Translations under genes and position numbers: made by a program
The notes under the pieces: model-generated
Database searches by the model: none
Told to the model about the DNA's origin: nothing
Seen by the model: the letters and a program-made list of their open reading frames with translations, nothing else
Shown: one piece after another, positions 21,001 through 32,122 of the stretch
How the letters are laid out: the number at the start of each line of letters is the position of its first letter
Numbering within the stretch: the first letter of the stretch is position 1
NCBI GenBank assembly: GCA_963707985.1
Contig: CAVPRW010000045.1
Span: 64,001 to 128,000, forward strand
Length of the DNA stretch: 64,000 bases
Reading direction: 5' to 3'
Source: an uncultured Nitrospinota bacterium
GTDB lineage: Bacteria; Tectomicrobia; Entotheonellia; J063; CAVPRW01

Positions 21001-21303
21001 GTGTTTGCAGAGGTGGCGAGGGGGGGCAAGACGGCACGCCCGGCCATCACCGCGGCCCTCGAGTATGTGCGCACCAGGGATACCCTGGACGTCTGGCGCC
21101 TGGATCGGTTCAGCCGGTCGTTAGGGCAGCTCATGGCGTTGATGCAGACCTTACAGAGCCGGCAGATTCGGTTCCACAGTTTGGCCAAAGCGATCGATCC
21201 CGACACGCTGGCGGTGGCATTACAGCTCTATCACGCCCAGACCAGCTCGGTGCAGAGCATCTGTACCCGCCTCGGTATTGCTCGTCGGACGTTCTATCGC
21301 TAA
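21001..21303 (+). pseudogene. Resolvase/invertase fragment with internal deletion
   Basis: DTLDVWRLDRFSRS joined directly to the HTH ICTRLGIARRTFYR; no N-terminal catalytic Ser motif. Confidence 0.8.
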
Positions 21304-21516
21304 TAGCTACATGTGCAGTGAATGGGGCTTAGGAGTCATTGAGAAGGAAGCTGTTCCAGCTACTTTGCCGCTGGTGACAGCTTCGCTCATTCCGGGCCAA
21401 CGAGGCAGATGTAGCCGTCAGGGGGTGCAGCTGCTCCTCAAAGATGGGGCTCCACCTCTCAATGAACACGTCCGACCGCAAGTGGCTCAATTTCCGGCGA
21501 ATCGTTGCCATACCTC

Positions 21517-21735
21517 TTTCCCAGTGCCGACCATTTGGCGTCGTGGGCTGGCGTTGCCCCTGGTAATCATGAAAGCACTGGCAAGCGGGCATCGGGCAAG
21601 ACCCGCAAGGACAATCGCACCCTGCGCACGGGCCTGACCCAAATCGCCCACGCCGCCGCCCGGACCAAGGGAACCTAGCTGTCCGCCTTGTACCAACGCT
21701 TGGCTACCCGTCGAGGGAAGAAACGGGCCATCATG
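21517..21735 (+). pseudogene. IS110-family recombinase C-terminal fragment
   Basis: FPSADHLASWAGVAPGNHESTGK..GKTRKDN..AAARTKGT*LSALYQRLATRRGKKRAI. Confidence 0.8.
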
Positions 21736-21903
21736 TGTTCTTCTTTGCCGAGAAAAGTTTCTTCTCGGCAATGTCCTCAGGCACCCAGAGTTCTTACTTG
21801 AGGCTCCTTATCCGCCAAATAATCTGGAAAAAGCACCGCTGCTAATTTGGAAAGTTACAACCGGGACACGACCCTCGCGGTCGCTCTTCCGTATGGGCTG
21901 TCG

Positions 21904-22377
21904 CTACTTCGCCAATTCCGTTTCCACGATGCCGAAGATGGTTGAGTCGAGGAAGAGCTGACCGGTGCGCAGCAACCAACGCTCCAGGTCCCGCTGCGGA
22001 TCGCTGTAGTATAGATCCTTGCCGGCTCGTAACACGTGGACCCTTCCCCGCTGAATACGGACAACGCTGGACTCGGTCGCGTTCGCTCTGCGTACGATGA
22101 AGCCGCGATATCCAAGATTCGTCGCAAACTCTGCAGGAGACGCAGCTGGCAAAAGAGCAAGCTTCTCCAGAAAGTGGGCGCTGTCTGCATCGGAGAGCGT
22201 CCATGCCGGGTTGGGATTCCCCGAGAAAATATCCAGTTCTACTTCAATCCTTGGTGCGATGGCTTCGTCTCCCTGGGATGTTGTGGATGTCTGCGGTGTT
22301 GGTGAAGACAACAGCAATGAAGGGCCGCATGACCATGCGATCAGCGCAAAGATCGGGATCAGCCAGGGCGATCGCAT
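21904..22377 (-). CDS. Putative lipoprotein with DIFSG.PNP / LGYRGF domain
   Basis: Signal peptide with lipobox-like AWSC; ELDIFSGNPNPAWTL; NLGYRGFIV. Confidence 0.75.
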   Translation of the reverse strand: MRSPWLIPIFALIAWSCGPSLLLSSPTPQTSTTSQGDEAIAPRIEVELDIFSGNPNPAWTLSDADSAHFLEKLALLPAASPAEFATNLGYRGFIVRRANATESSVVRIQRGRVHVLRAGKDLYYSDPQRDLERWLLRTGQLFLDSTIFGIVETELAK

Positions 22378-22559
22378 CTTAAATTTTCAGTAATAACAAT
22401 AAGGTACTGCATTGATCTACGACCCAAGTGCTGGTTATGAGATCCCCCTCAGGCCACCGATCGACGTAGATTCCGGGGGATCATGATGCGATCCCCCCAG
22501 GGTGATCGGCTAAGATCGGGCTGTCCCCCGTACTCTGGGTGGCATCAAGCAAAAAAGGG

Positions 22560-23490
22560 TTAGGCCACAAATGCGGTGCTGTTGTTTTGATAGAAGTAGC
22601 CACAGAAGTCCGTGTAGTTGCCACGGCAGATGTTGTTCGGGGCATAGCCTTGCCCGTTCTGCTGATAGATGGCGTGTCCGCAATCGTCCGTGTACTGGGC
22701 CGGTGTGCCCCCCGGCTTGTGACCCCACCACCAGTTTGGCCCACCCGTCACCAGCCTGTAGAAGTGGTAGTCCACGTTGGGCCAAATGACCATGACTATG
22801 GTCAGTCCATTCGGCTGGCACCCATCCTTCCAGCCGTCGGCATACAGGCCTGCGGTGCATCCACCGCACGTAATGGACGTCGCCGGATGGCCGCCGCGCT
22901 GGCCCGGACGAGCATATCGGATGTCTCTCGGTGATTGCTCGCAAAGCAGTAGCAGTTGTTGCGGCTCACGTGGGCAGGGTCGGTGAAGAAGGCTGCATTG
23001 GCAGAAAAGTAGGTGGAACCGCACGCCCACCAAGTCGCTCCCAGGGCGCTGACCTCACCGGCGGCTGGTCCTCCGCCGGGAGAATGGGGGTCGTCGCCGG
23101 TGATGGTTGGGAAGTCGCCCTCTTCGATGGTGGGGATCGTAAACGAGCCGGGATCAGCTACAGCCGAAGATTCTACGAGGGCCACGCCGCCGGCAACGAC
23201 TTCACGGAGTTCGTCTGTGACATGGCTCTACTTGTGTGGCCTCTCAGAAGTCTGGAGAAGTTACTCAGCGGCGGATGCCCTTGACGTTGTTTTGTGCCCA
23301 ACACGGAACTCGTCCAGGAGGGGGCTCCCAAGGGACACGGCCTTGCTCCAGACCCCTTCGTCCGTCTTGATCGGGCGGACGATGAAGCCTCGATAGCCAA
23401 GGCTAAACTGCTCGTCCGTAGCATATGCTGGGGACACCTGGGAAGGTTCCGCCGTCAGCCTGTCATACAGTTCCCTTTCTTCCCGCTCAG
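22560..23490 (-). pseudogene. Cys/His peptidase- or transglutaminase-like protein with N-terminal LGYRGF domain; truncated by IS66
   Basis: SLGYRGFIV, then NNCYCFASN, DYHFYR, WGHKPG; two in-frame stops and one frameshift near 22930. Confidence 0.65.
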
Positions 23491-25087
23491 GTAACTACTC
23501 AGCCTAGCCCATCATCGTTGGGATGAACGCGAACGTGACTGAAGGTTTGGAGAAGGAATGAAGGGGGTGCGGCCAACAGCGTCCCGGATGGCGGCAAAGA
23601 CGTGCTTGGAATGCTGACGCGCAGTGGAGATGTCACCGCGGATGCGACCGAAGCGCGCGGCACCCTCAAGCGTTCGGAAGCAGCCCGATACCGTCTGTGT
23701 GACTTTCACCATGCGCACATCCCGTGCCGCTTGGTTGTTGTCAAACGGCCCGCGCAAGTCGTCCATGAACGCGACGACCTGCGCTTTGAAGTCGCGAAGC
23801 CGGAGCCGCAGGTGACGCGGCGGCGTTTGTTGGCGGCGGCCTCTTGTGCGGCCCTCCGCCGCGGTGCCGGGCCGCGCTGGCAGGGGGGTGGCGTCAACTC
23901 CCTCTGGGACCCTCTCAGCGTCGCGCCGTGCAACGGCGGCCAGCCACTCCGGCGGCCAGCTGGTGGCCTGCGGGAGCGTGTCCGCCAGCGCGGCTTTGAT
24001 CTCACACAGCAGTTCCGACATGTCGTTGGCCCAGGGTGGCTGATACGGGGGGTCGAGGCATTGACGCGCGCGCAGGTGGTGGGCCTTACAGAGCCCCGGA
24101 CGACAAGCTGCATAGTTGAAGTACGATGGCCAATGGTCAGGCACGGCTGTCCCGGTGCATGCGCCCAGCATCCCTGCCTCATCCATCGCCTCGTGGCCGC
24201 GCTTGGCCTGCCCTGTCGACTGCGTCAGCCGATCGGTGCAGGCCACATGCCGCCCATGGCGTTGCCCTGGCACCCGAAGCCCTGACTCATCCACCGGCAC
24301 TACCTCACCGTCACGCAACCGCTCTTTCACCGCCACTCGTGAGCGCTCAAGGCACCCGGATACGTCCTCGGCCGCCTTCAACACCGTCGCTTCACTGATC
24401 GGCTGATGCACCAAGTCTGCAAAAATCTGCGTGGTACGCTCCACCGGTAGGTGATGTGGGTTGGTGCAGGACACCGCCCAGGTCTGGACTTCTCGGCCGT
24501 AGTGCACGGCCTGCGTCACACCAGTGGGAAAGACCCCTGTGGGCGTCCTGCCACCGTGTGGACAGATCTTGAGGTCGGCGCGATGGGCCGTGACGACCAG
24601 CTGCAGCGCCGGAATATCGCACACCTGACGCGCTTCATCCCCCATCGCCACGGTAGCCGACCAGGTCGCCGGACAAGGCGCACAGGTGTCCGCTGTCTGC
24701 GTCTCGGTGCGATCAGGATGCTCCGAGGCGGTCAGGGTATGGCCTGCATGGCCCGGCTGCCCGCCGTTGGGCTTGGCGCCGGACTGCCATACGCTTTGGG
24801 TCCGTTTCGGCTGCGTCTAGCCGTCACTTGAGGGTGGTTGACTGCGGGTGCGGCTGTCCTGGGCCACCCGAGCTTGTACCGCCTGCAGCGCTGCACCTGG
24901 TTGGGCCCATGGCCGGGCAAGCTCTTCCACCTGGCCAGCGACCTCATGGCACACGTGCCGCACCGCCGCCTCGCCCTTTTCCAAGGCAAGATGGATGGCT
25001 TCATCTGTAGGCATGCGAAAGTTCATGAGACAAAGCTTAAACCGACCTGCCCCTGTTTCGCAACTATTTGGGAAGCTGAGTAGGTAC
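23491..25087 (-). mobile_element. IS66-family element, degenerate
   Basis: IRs GTAACTACTCAGC / GCTGAGTAGGTAC; motifs SQPPSSDG, DESGLRV, FDNNQAARDVRMVK. Confidence 0.9.
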
Positions 25088-25102
25088 AACGTTTCATAAT
25101 AA

Positions 25103-26567
25103 CAATACCTTCGCCAAAAATGGCGATGAGAGAGGATGGCCGAGCACCATGTAGAAATGGAGATGAGTCGAGCGGCAGCCCCGTGTAGAATATGGATTCC
25201 CCAACCCAACGCTACACGAGGAGCCACCGCCCATGCCGGATATGATCGCCGTTTTAGCTTGTTTAAGCCAGGGTCTCGATCCTACCACACGGCGCCAACG
25301 CCGTCGGATCACGGAAGCGCTGCTGTCGATGACCGGACGCGTGACGATGCGGGGCATGGCACGCTGGGCTGGCCCAGGTGGGAGTGACCGGACGGTACAG
25401 CGATGTTGCCAGACCAGTCTCAGTTGGGGCAGGCGGCAATGGATGGTGATTCGTCACCATCTGTTGGATCAAGACGAGGTGCTCGTGATGGCCGGTGACG
25501 ACGTGGTCGTGACGAACGCGGGCCAGCAGACCCATGGCTGAGGCCGGTTGTTTTCCTCCCTGTCTGGGAAACAAGTCCCCGGCCTGGGGTGTCTGAGTGT
25601 ATCCTTGCTGAGTGTCAAACGCCGCACCTCGTACCCGGTCATGATGGAACAACTGGCGCCGCCGCCTCCCGAGACCCCTCAAGAGGGCGCCAAGCCAAAG
25701 TCCGAGGGGAAACGGGGGCGCCCCCCAGGGAGCAAAAATCAGCCTCGGCGCGAGGTGGTGTGGAGTCCCTCTCGGCGTTTTGTCCAAGAGACGATCAAGC
25801 GCGTACTGGAGGTGGTCGGCGATCGCTTACAGGGGATCTCCTTTGTCTGTGATGGGGCCTTTGGCCATCACGATGCCCTGCAAAGGGTCCGACAAGTCGG
25901 TTGACATGTGATTGCCAAACGGCGTTATGATGCTGCGCTCTATTGCCCCTATGATGGCCCGTATGCAGGACGTGGGAAGCGTAAACAGGATGGGAGAAAG
26001 CTCGATGATCACCATATTGATGCGAAGCATCTGAAAGCATCTTCTGTTGAAAAAGATATCGAGACGAAGATCTAGCAGATGGCATTATGGCATAAGACAT
26101 TTGCCGATTTACTCAATGTTGTGGTGATGGTGAAAATCAATCTCACAACACAAGCGGTGGCTCATATTGTCTTAGTCAGTAGCGCTTTGGAGCTTTCGTA
26201 TGATCACCTGATTGACGATGATCGTTTGCGTTTCCAGTTGGAGTTCAATGTTCGTGATGCCAAACAATATGGGGGCTTGGAAGATTTCATGACCGTCAAA
26301 CAGACACCAGGTTACAACCGTGCCAATCTCGCCATGTTCATGGTGAATGTCTCCCACGCCGTGATACGTCCCATGCGAATGCAGTGGCCGGAGGGCCGTG
26401 TGAACGACCTGAAAGCCTGGTTCCGGAGCCGGAAGTATGTGGTAGAAACCTTCCAATGGCTTCCGGAACTGCCGGAGCCTATTTTTATTGAGCAGGCGAT
26501 TGCACAGGTGGCAGCACTAGGGCGGGTTAACCAGGTCGTCAACCTCATCTAATTGGCCGAGGTATTG
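25103..26567 (+). mobile_element. IS4/IS701-like IS, copy B (multiple stops)
   Basis: Same IRs as 6369-7839; homologous throughout. Confidence 0.9.
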
Positions 26568-26738
26568 GAAATGCCAGAGCTAATTTTTATTGAGCAGGCG
26601 ATTGCCCGGGTGGCTCAATTAGGGCGGGTTAACTATGCAGTCAACCCCGTCTAATTGGCGAAGGTATTGGTCTATGAGGAGCTTTGTAACGACGGCACCA
26701 TTGATGCCATACCTGCTTAAATTCTGTCCGCAGTATTG
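26568..26738 (+). mobile_element. Two stacked IS right-end remnants
   Basis: 26568-26669 is a variant right end of the copy A/B family (TTGGCGAAGGTATTG); 26670-26738 is homologous to the end at about 40269-40337 (CTGTCCGCAGTATTG). Confidence 0.75.
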
Positions 26739-26928
26739 ATGATGAGCTGTACTACGTAACTACGTTGATCTCTCAACCCAACTCATCACAGGCTAGCCAC
26801 ATTTCCCAAAGGGGAAGAACTCTAAAAAGTCAGCAAAACGCCACCAGTTAGCAGTTTGCAAACCAGACAGCGTTCTTTCTGTTTCATCGAAGCAACTATA
26901 TCATATTTCATTCAATGAGTTATGGATA

Positions 26929-26944
26929 TGGCATATAAATTGCT
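26929..26944 (+). promoter_or_regulatory. Sigma54 (-24/-12) promoter of the pilin gene
   Basis: TGGCATATAAATTGCT has exact GG-N10-GC spacing; one-mismatch IHF-like site ATTCAATGAGTTA at 26910-26922. Confidence 0.8.
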
Positions 26945-26995
26945 CAATATATAAGTGACGTTCAAAAAAGTAACTACTACAGAGGAGGGGGTTGT

Positions 26996-27412
26996 ATGAT
27001 TAGCAAGATCCGACACAGTATAGGATGTAATGAAGGTTTCACCCTGATCGAGTTAATGATCGTCGTGGCGATTATCGGCATTTTGGCCGCCGTCGCGGTA
27101 CCAAATTTCATTAGCTACCGGGATCGGTCACGGGTTGCCGCACTTATCGCAACCGGCAACAGCGCGCGCGGCGCCCTCGCGTCGCTCGCGGCCGATGATC
27201 CGAATAGCCTCTATCCCACAAGTCTTACTGTAACGAGTCTAAACTCCGGGGGAGCACAGATCCCTGCCTCGGGTTACGCGCTCGTTTACCACCAAACCGG
27301 TACCCCCGCAGGCTCGACCTATGACTTGCTGATGACCCACACTGCGACGAGTAATCAGGTCTGTATTACACCAGAGTTAACGAAAAAAACCACTGGTAGT
27401 GTCTGCCCCTAA
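26996..27412 (+). CDS. pilA: Type IVa pilin 1
   Basis: Class III signal [26 protein letters not shown]-terminal Cys pair; strong RBS. Confidence 0.92.
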   Translation: MISKIRHSIGCNEGFTLIELMIVVAIIGILAAVAVPNFISYRDRSRVAALIATGNSARGALASLAADDPNSLYPTSLTVTSLNSGGAQIPASGYALVYHQTGTPAGSTYDLLMTHTATSNQVCITPELTKKTTGSVCP

Positions 27413-27513
27413 TGCCCGCAGACTCTCGCGAACCATGAAGCTAGACCACTTCATCTTCTTAGTGTCCCACGCCAAGATGTCAATTCTCGTCCTGGCGTGA
27501 ATTCATCAACCCA

Positions 27514-27547
27514 ACAGAGGCAGCAGCGGTGATACTGTTGCCTCTGT
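27514..27547 (+). terminator. Stem-loop between the pilin genes
   Basis: ACAGAGGCAGCAG-N8-CTGTTGCCTCTGT; no clear U tract; a second hairpin lies at about 27467-27499. Confidence 0.45.
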
Positions 27548-27607
27548 CAGTAACTCAGCCGACAGCATATCAGAGTAGTCCAAGAGACTCATACGGATGG
27601 GGAACGC

Positions 27608-28012
27608 ATGTTTAGGAATTCTGATCACCATACACACCATCAAGCAGGGTTTACTCTCATCGAGTTGATGATTGTAGTGGCAATAATTGGGATTCTTGCG
27701 GCAGTTGCCGTCCCAAATTTTATCTCCTATCGAGATCGGGCACGAGTTGTCGCGGCACTAGCTAGTGGTGCACGAGCGGCACTCGCAGCAGCCGCGGCTG
27801 ACCATATCGACAGCCTCTACCCGAATGATACCGAGATACAGAAGGCATCTGATCTAAACCAGTATGGCGCCAATCTTCAGGATCATATGTATAACACGTT
27901 CCTCTACAGGCAACTAAATAACAGGCAATCATATCAGATAGATATTGTGACGTTAGATGGTAAGGAAGTCTGCATAAGACCTGATGGAGCAGAACGAAAT
28001 AAATGTTTCTAA
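27608..28012 (+). CDS. Type IVa pilin 2
   Basis: [26 protein letters not shown]-terminal Cys pair. Confidence 0.92.
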   Translation: MFRNSDHHTHHQAGFTLIELMIVVAIIGILAAVAVPNFISYRDRARVVAALASGARAALAAAAADHIDSLYPNDTEIQKASDLNQYGANLQDHMYNTFLYRQLNNRQSYQIDIVTLDGKEVCIRPDGAERNKCF

Positions 28013-28311
28013 TAACAAATGCATCCTACACATAATATTTCTTATCTTTCGCTATTTTCCTCTATATTCTCACGAATTACCAAATAAGCATTTCTACCTG
28101 TTAATATCTATATATGAGATTCAAAGTTCTCCACGATCCTCGTCTATTTCATATCTTATCTTTTCTTCGATAAATAATTCCGAGTTTTATTCCATAGGTT
28201 TGTCTTGAAACATGATGTAGTTTTCGAACTTTCAGACGGAAAGTCTTTTATGGATCAATTTTGGCGTTCAGCGCAAGATGTACGTATATTGAGATCGACG
28301 AGGGAGATCCG

Positions 28312-30480
28312 ATGTTATTCTCACGTTGGCGTGTACACATGTATAAAGAATGTCTCTGGACATATATATTTTTTCCCTTCATCTTTCTTATATACATGGC
28401 TACTCCTAACCTCTTGGTATGGGGAGATACCATTGCAAGCCGCTATCTACCTATTAGTCTTATTCGCGAAGCGAATTTTGATCTTAACGAATTCGATTTT
28501 CCCTATGACAAAGAAATTCCATATTTCCTTCAATATCGCAATGGTCGACTCATATCATCCTATCCCGTTGGGGCAGTCCTAACTGCTCTCCCTTTCTATT
28601 TAGTACCTGTACTGTTAGGAATCAGCCATCAATCGTCTTGGATACCCCTGCTAGAAAAGCTGTCTGCGGCATCCATTGCCGTTTTCTCTGCGCTCTTTCT
28701 CTATCTCATGTTGAGGCATCTAGCAACAGCAAAAAATAGCCTAATCGTCACTTCTATCTATGCCCTCTGTACGAGTACATTTAGTATCAGCAGTCAAGCT
28801 CTTTGGCAGCATGGACCAAGTCAATTTCTTCTAACAGTTGGTCTCTATTTTTTAATCCGCGGTTTGCATGAGGAACGTTTCATATCCTGGTCAGGCTTTC
28901 CACTTAGTGCCGCAGTGATATGCCGGCCGACAGATGTATTGATGGTATTACCAATTTTAATATATCTCTTATGCCATAGACGAAAATTTATTCTACTCTG
29001 GATTATCTATGCCTTACCGCCTGTAATTTTTGTCATTACATACAACTATCGTTACTTTGGGTCAGTATTTGAATCTGGGTACGGGTTCCAGGTGCTTCAC
29101 CCTTCGTCGAGCTATTGGAGTACACCTTTCTTGTATGGATTATTAGGAGTACTTATAAGTCCGAGTAAAGGACTAATCTTATATTCTCCTGTTCTACTAT
29201 TTGCCTTTTGGGGTATGGCCTATGTATGGAAGATAAATTGTGAACCATTAATCAAGTACTTAAGCCTCGGACCACTTTTAGTGTTGATACTATACAGCAA
29301 GTGGCATTTTTGGTGGGGTGGCGAAACATATGGTCCTCGTTTAGTCGCAGATATTACTCCCATACTTTGCTTATATATCTATGTCATTTTTAAGATAATT
29401 GATCAGAGCTATATACATAAGTTAATATTCATAATCATGATAATGATGTCGTTTCTTATACATACGATTGGGGCTTTTGGTTTTGATTCAAGTTGGTATA
29501 AAAAAACGGATATATCCGTCGATGATAATCGCTTATGGTCATTTAGCGATAGTCCGCTTGTCCACTATGGACGACAACTTATTTTTAAAAACCTATCGAT
29601 TCTGCGAACGGGGTTTTCAGGACTCCCGACATCTCCTCAGGCACCGAAATTGTTGGCAGCAGCTATTACGCATCAAGAGATTCCAATGCAGCATGCAGTA
29701 GGGGAGTCGCTTAAATTACATGTCGTCGTTACTAATACGGGCTCAGCTATTTGGCTATTCCAGACTAACAATAGTCAGTACGGTGTGAGGTTAGGTTGGA
29801 GATGGATCGACAGAATAGGTAAAGATGACTTTACAGAAGGACGTGCACCCATACGCCAAGACATTTTCCCGGGAGAGCGGGAAGAATTCAGTATACAAAT
29901 CTGGCCCCCTTCCAAGGAGGGGAAATATATACTAGAGTTAGGTATGGTAAGTGAGCCAGAAGCGTGGTTCGATGTACAACGATTTTTGGTCGAGATTCAA
30001 GGCACATGTGATTTTGAAGACACTATAAATAATCCGTTAAAGTTTATACATGAGCGCCCAAACATTGCGATCACCGCCGATCGGCCTTCGTACTCAGAGG
30101 GAGAAATCGCCATGGTCCGTTTGAGTATTGTCAATGGCGCCATCCCACGAAACCTAAAACTTTCTGTCTTTCTTCGATACCCAGACGGCCACATGCGCTC
30201 CCTAAGCTCTTCTACTGAGATGCTTTCAAATCCAGCATGTAGCCAATGGATGCGTACAGGGGCAATTCACATCCTATCGAGTGAATTTAGGATCGATTGG
30301 CAATTGGGTTTTCAACTGAGGAGTATTCCAGATGGCTTATATATTTTATATGCCATGATGACTGATCTTCGGAGTGCCGAGGTCATTTCAAAGTCTTCCT
30401 TTACATTTTATCTCAAACCGACAGAAATCTTAGAAAACCGAGACGAGCTTGAAAAAGTGTCCAAGAAACCAGATCTGTAG
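28312..30480 (+). CDS. Polytopic membrane protein, GT-C-like glycosyltransferase with C-terminal beta-rich domains
   Basis: GD motif after TM1; YPVG; SQALWQHG; SPSKGLILYSP; WWGGETYGPR; many TM segments; AT-rich; start uncertain (ORF open from 28261). Confidence 0.7.
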   Translation: MLFSRWRVHMYKECLWTYIFFPFIFLIYMATPNLLVWGDTIASRYLPISLIREANFDLNEFDFPYDKEIPYFLQYRNGRLISSYPVGAVLTALPFYLVPVLLGISHQSSWIPLLEKLSAASIAVFSALFLYLMLRHLATAKNSLIVTSIYALCTSTFSISSQALWQHGPSQFLLTVGLYFLIRGLHEERFISWSGFPLSAAVICRPTDVLMVLPILIYLLCHRRKFILLWIIYALPPVIFVITYNYRYFGSVFESGYGFQVLHPSSSYWSTPFLYGLLGVLISPSKGLILYSPVLLFAFWGMAYVWKINCEPLIKYLSLGPLLVLILYSKWHFWWGGETYGPRLVADITPILCLYIYVIFKIIDQSYIHKLIFIIMIMMSFLIHTIGAFGFDSSWYKKTDISVDDNRLWSFSDSPLVHYGRQLIFKNLSILRTGFSGLPTSPQAPKLLAAAITHQEIPMQHAVGESLKLHVVVTNTGSAIWLFQTNNSQYGVRLGWRWIDRIGKDDFTEGRAPIRQDIFPGEREEFSIQIWPPSKEGKYILELGMVSEPEAWFDVQRFLVEIQGTCDFEDTINNPLKFIHERPNIAITADRPSYSEGEIAMVRLSIVNGAIPRNLKLSVFLRYPDGHMRSLSSSTEMLSNPACSQWMRTGAIHILSSEFRIDWQLGFQLRSIPDGLYILYAMMTDLRSAEVISKSSFTFYLKPTEILENRDELEKVSKKPDL

Positions 30481-31663
30481 ATGAAAATTGATTTATCGTT
30501 AGTGCTTATTTATAACTGACATGGAGCGGGTGCAAAACGAGAAAAATACCTTTACCCTCCGCTGAGTGCTCTGCCCGACAACTCCACGCGATTCAGGGGA
30601 GGTGCACGGATGGAATCGATCCACGTTGACCGCTTGGATCACCTAGGGAAACTGGCCTCCGTCATCAAAGACGTCGGTCTCATGAGTATGGTTGATGCCC
30701 GTCTGGTACCCGATGCGCAAGAGGAGATCACCGCAGGCGAGGCTATAGCAGGGATGATCCTTCATGGCTTGGGGTTTGCTAACCGGCCCATGTCCCTGAC
30801 CTCCCAGTTTTACGCCAATACAACCCTGGACTTGTTGGTTCATGAGGGCGTTCGTGCGGAGATGTTCAACCGGTTCAAGGTCGGTCGCACGCTCGATGAG
30901 GTCCACGCGTATGGCTTTGATCTGCTGTTTAATGAACTGGCCGTTGCCGTCTGCGCCCAGGAAGGCATCGACTTACGCTTCAACCATCTCCACACCACGA
31001 GCTTTTCCCTCACTGGCGAGTATGTGCCCGAGGCCGATGAGCACGCCATAACCATCACCCACGGTTACTCCAAAGACCACCGACCCGATGTGACACAGGC
31101 GGTTTTGGAACTGATAGTGTCCCAAGACGGCGGCGTCCCCTTTGTAAGCAAAAGTTGGGATGGCCATACGTCGGATACCCCTGTTTTCCAGGAGCGTGCC
31201 GCCGCTTTGATCGCAACCTTTCAGCGTTCGCTCGCACCGCGGTATCTGGTGGCAGACGCCAAACTGTACCATCAGGATCATGCGGCTCACCTCAGCCAGC
31301 TCGGCTTTATTACCCGCATTCCCCATACACTCAAGGTGTTCTCGCCAGTGATGACCCAAGCGCTCCAGTGGGACATGTGGCAATGGCTCGATGAGACGAC
31401 CCGCTATCAGCATCTTGAGTTATGCTACTATAGGATGGCCCAAAGGTGGCTAGTCGTGTCTTCTCAGGCCGCGTTGGCCGCGCTTGCGAAACCATGGCCA
31501 TATCACCACGTAGAGTCCTACCACCTCATCGAACACCCACACGACGCCCGCCGGCCGACGTCCACCACCCCGATGACGTTGATTGACTGGCAGATTCACG
31601 TCCAGGTTCGGCCCGATCAAGAGCAGATTGAGCACCGCACGCAACACAATTCCTGCTTTGTGC

Positions 31664-31765
31664 TAAATCGAACCACACGACATTGGTACACGCCTATTGC
31701 TGAAACCCGGATCTGATCGGCCCTCCGGCGGGCCTCACTGTACCAATCTCTTGTGGACTGAATTA
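31664..31765. mobile_element. About 100-bp MITE with TA target duplication
   Basis: IRs TAAATCGAACCACACGACATTGGTACA / TGTACCAATCTCTTGTGGACTGAATTA; removal restores GTG CTA GGG AGC (VLGS) in the transposase. Confidence 0.8.
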
Positions 31766-32122
31766 GGGAGCAATATTGAGGCGAGTCAACTGAGCGATCC
31801 GGAGGTGATTCGGGCATACAAGAGCCCGGCCCAGGCCGAGGGAGGCTTCCGGTTTCTCAAGGACCCGCTGTTCGTTGTCTCGTCGTTGTTTCTGAAAAAA
31901 CCTTGCCGTATTCAAGGGCTGGTGATGGTGATGGCGTTAGCCTTACTGGTCTATTCTGTGACGCAACGTCGATTGCGCCAGCAATGAGCGCGTCAACACG
32001 GGACGCCACCAAACCAGATCAACCAACCGACGGAGCGGCCGACCTTGCGTTGAATCTTCCATCGGCTCGAAGGGATTCATCGCGTTGGCGTGACCGTGGA
32101 AGGTAAGGTCCACGACCTAATT

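Noticed and set aside
21517..21735. Functional IS110 bridge-RNA system
   Set aside because: Only a short C-terminal fragment with a stop; no RuvC-like domain or identifiable non-coding end.
26996..28012. Geobacter-type short conductive e-pilins
   Set aside because: F1/F24/Y27 are present, but the mature pilins are about 120 aa with globular domains, and the sequence cannot show conductivity.
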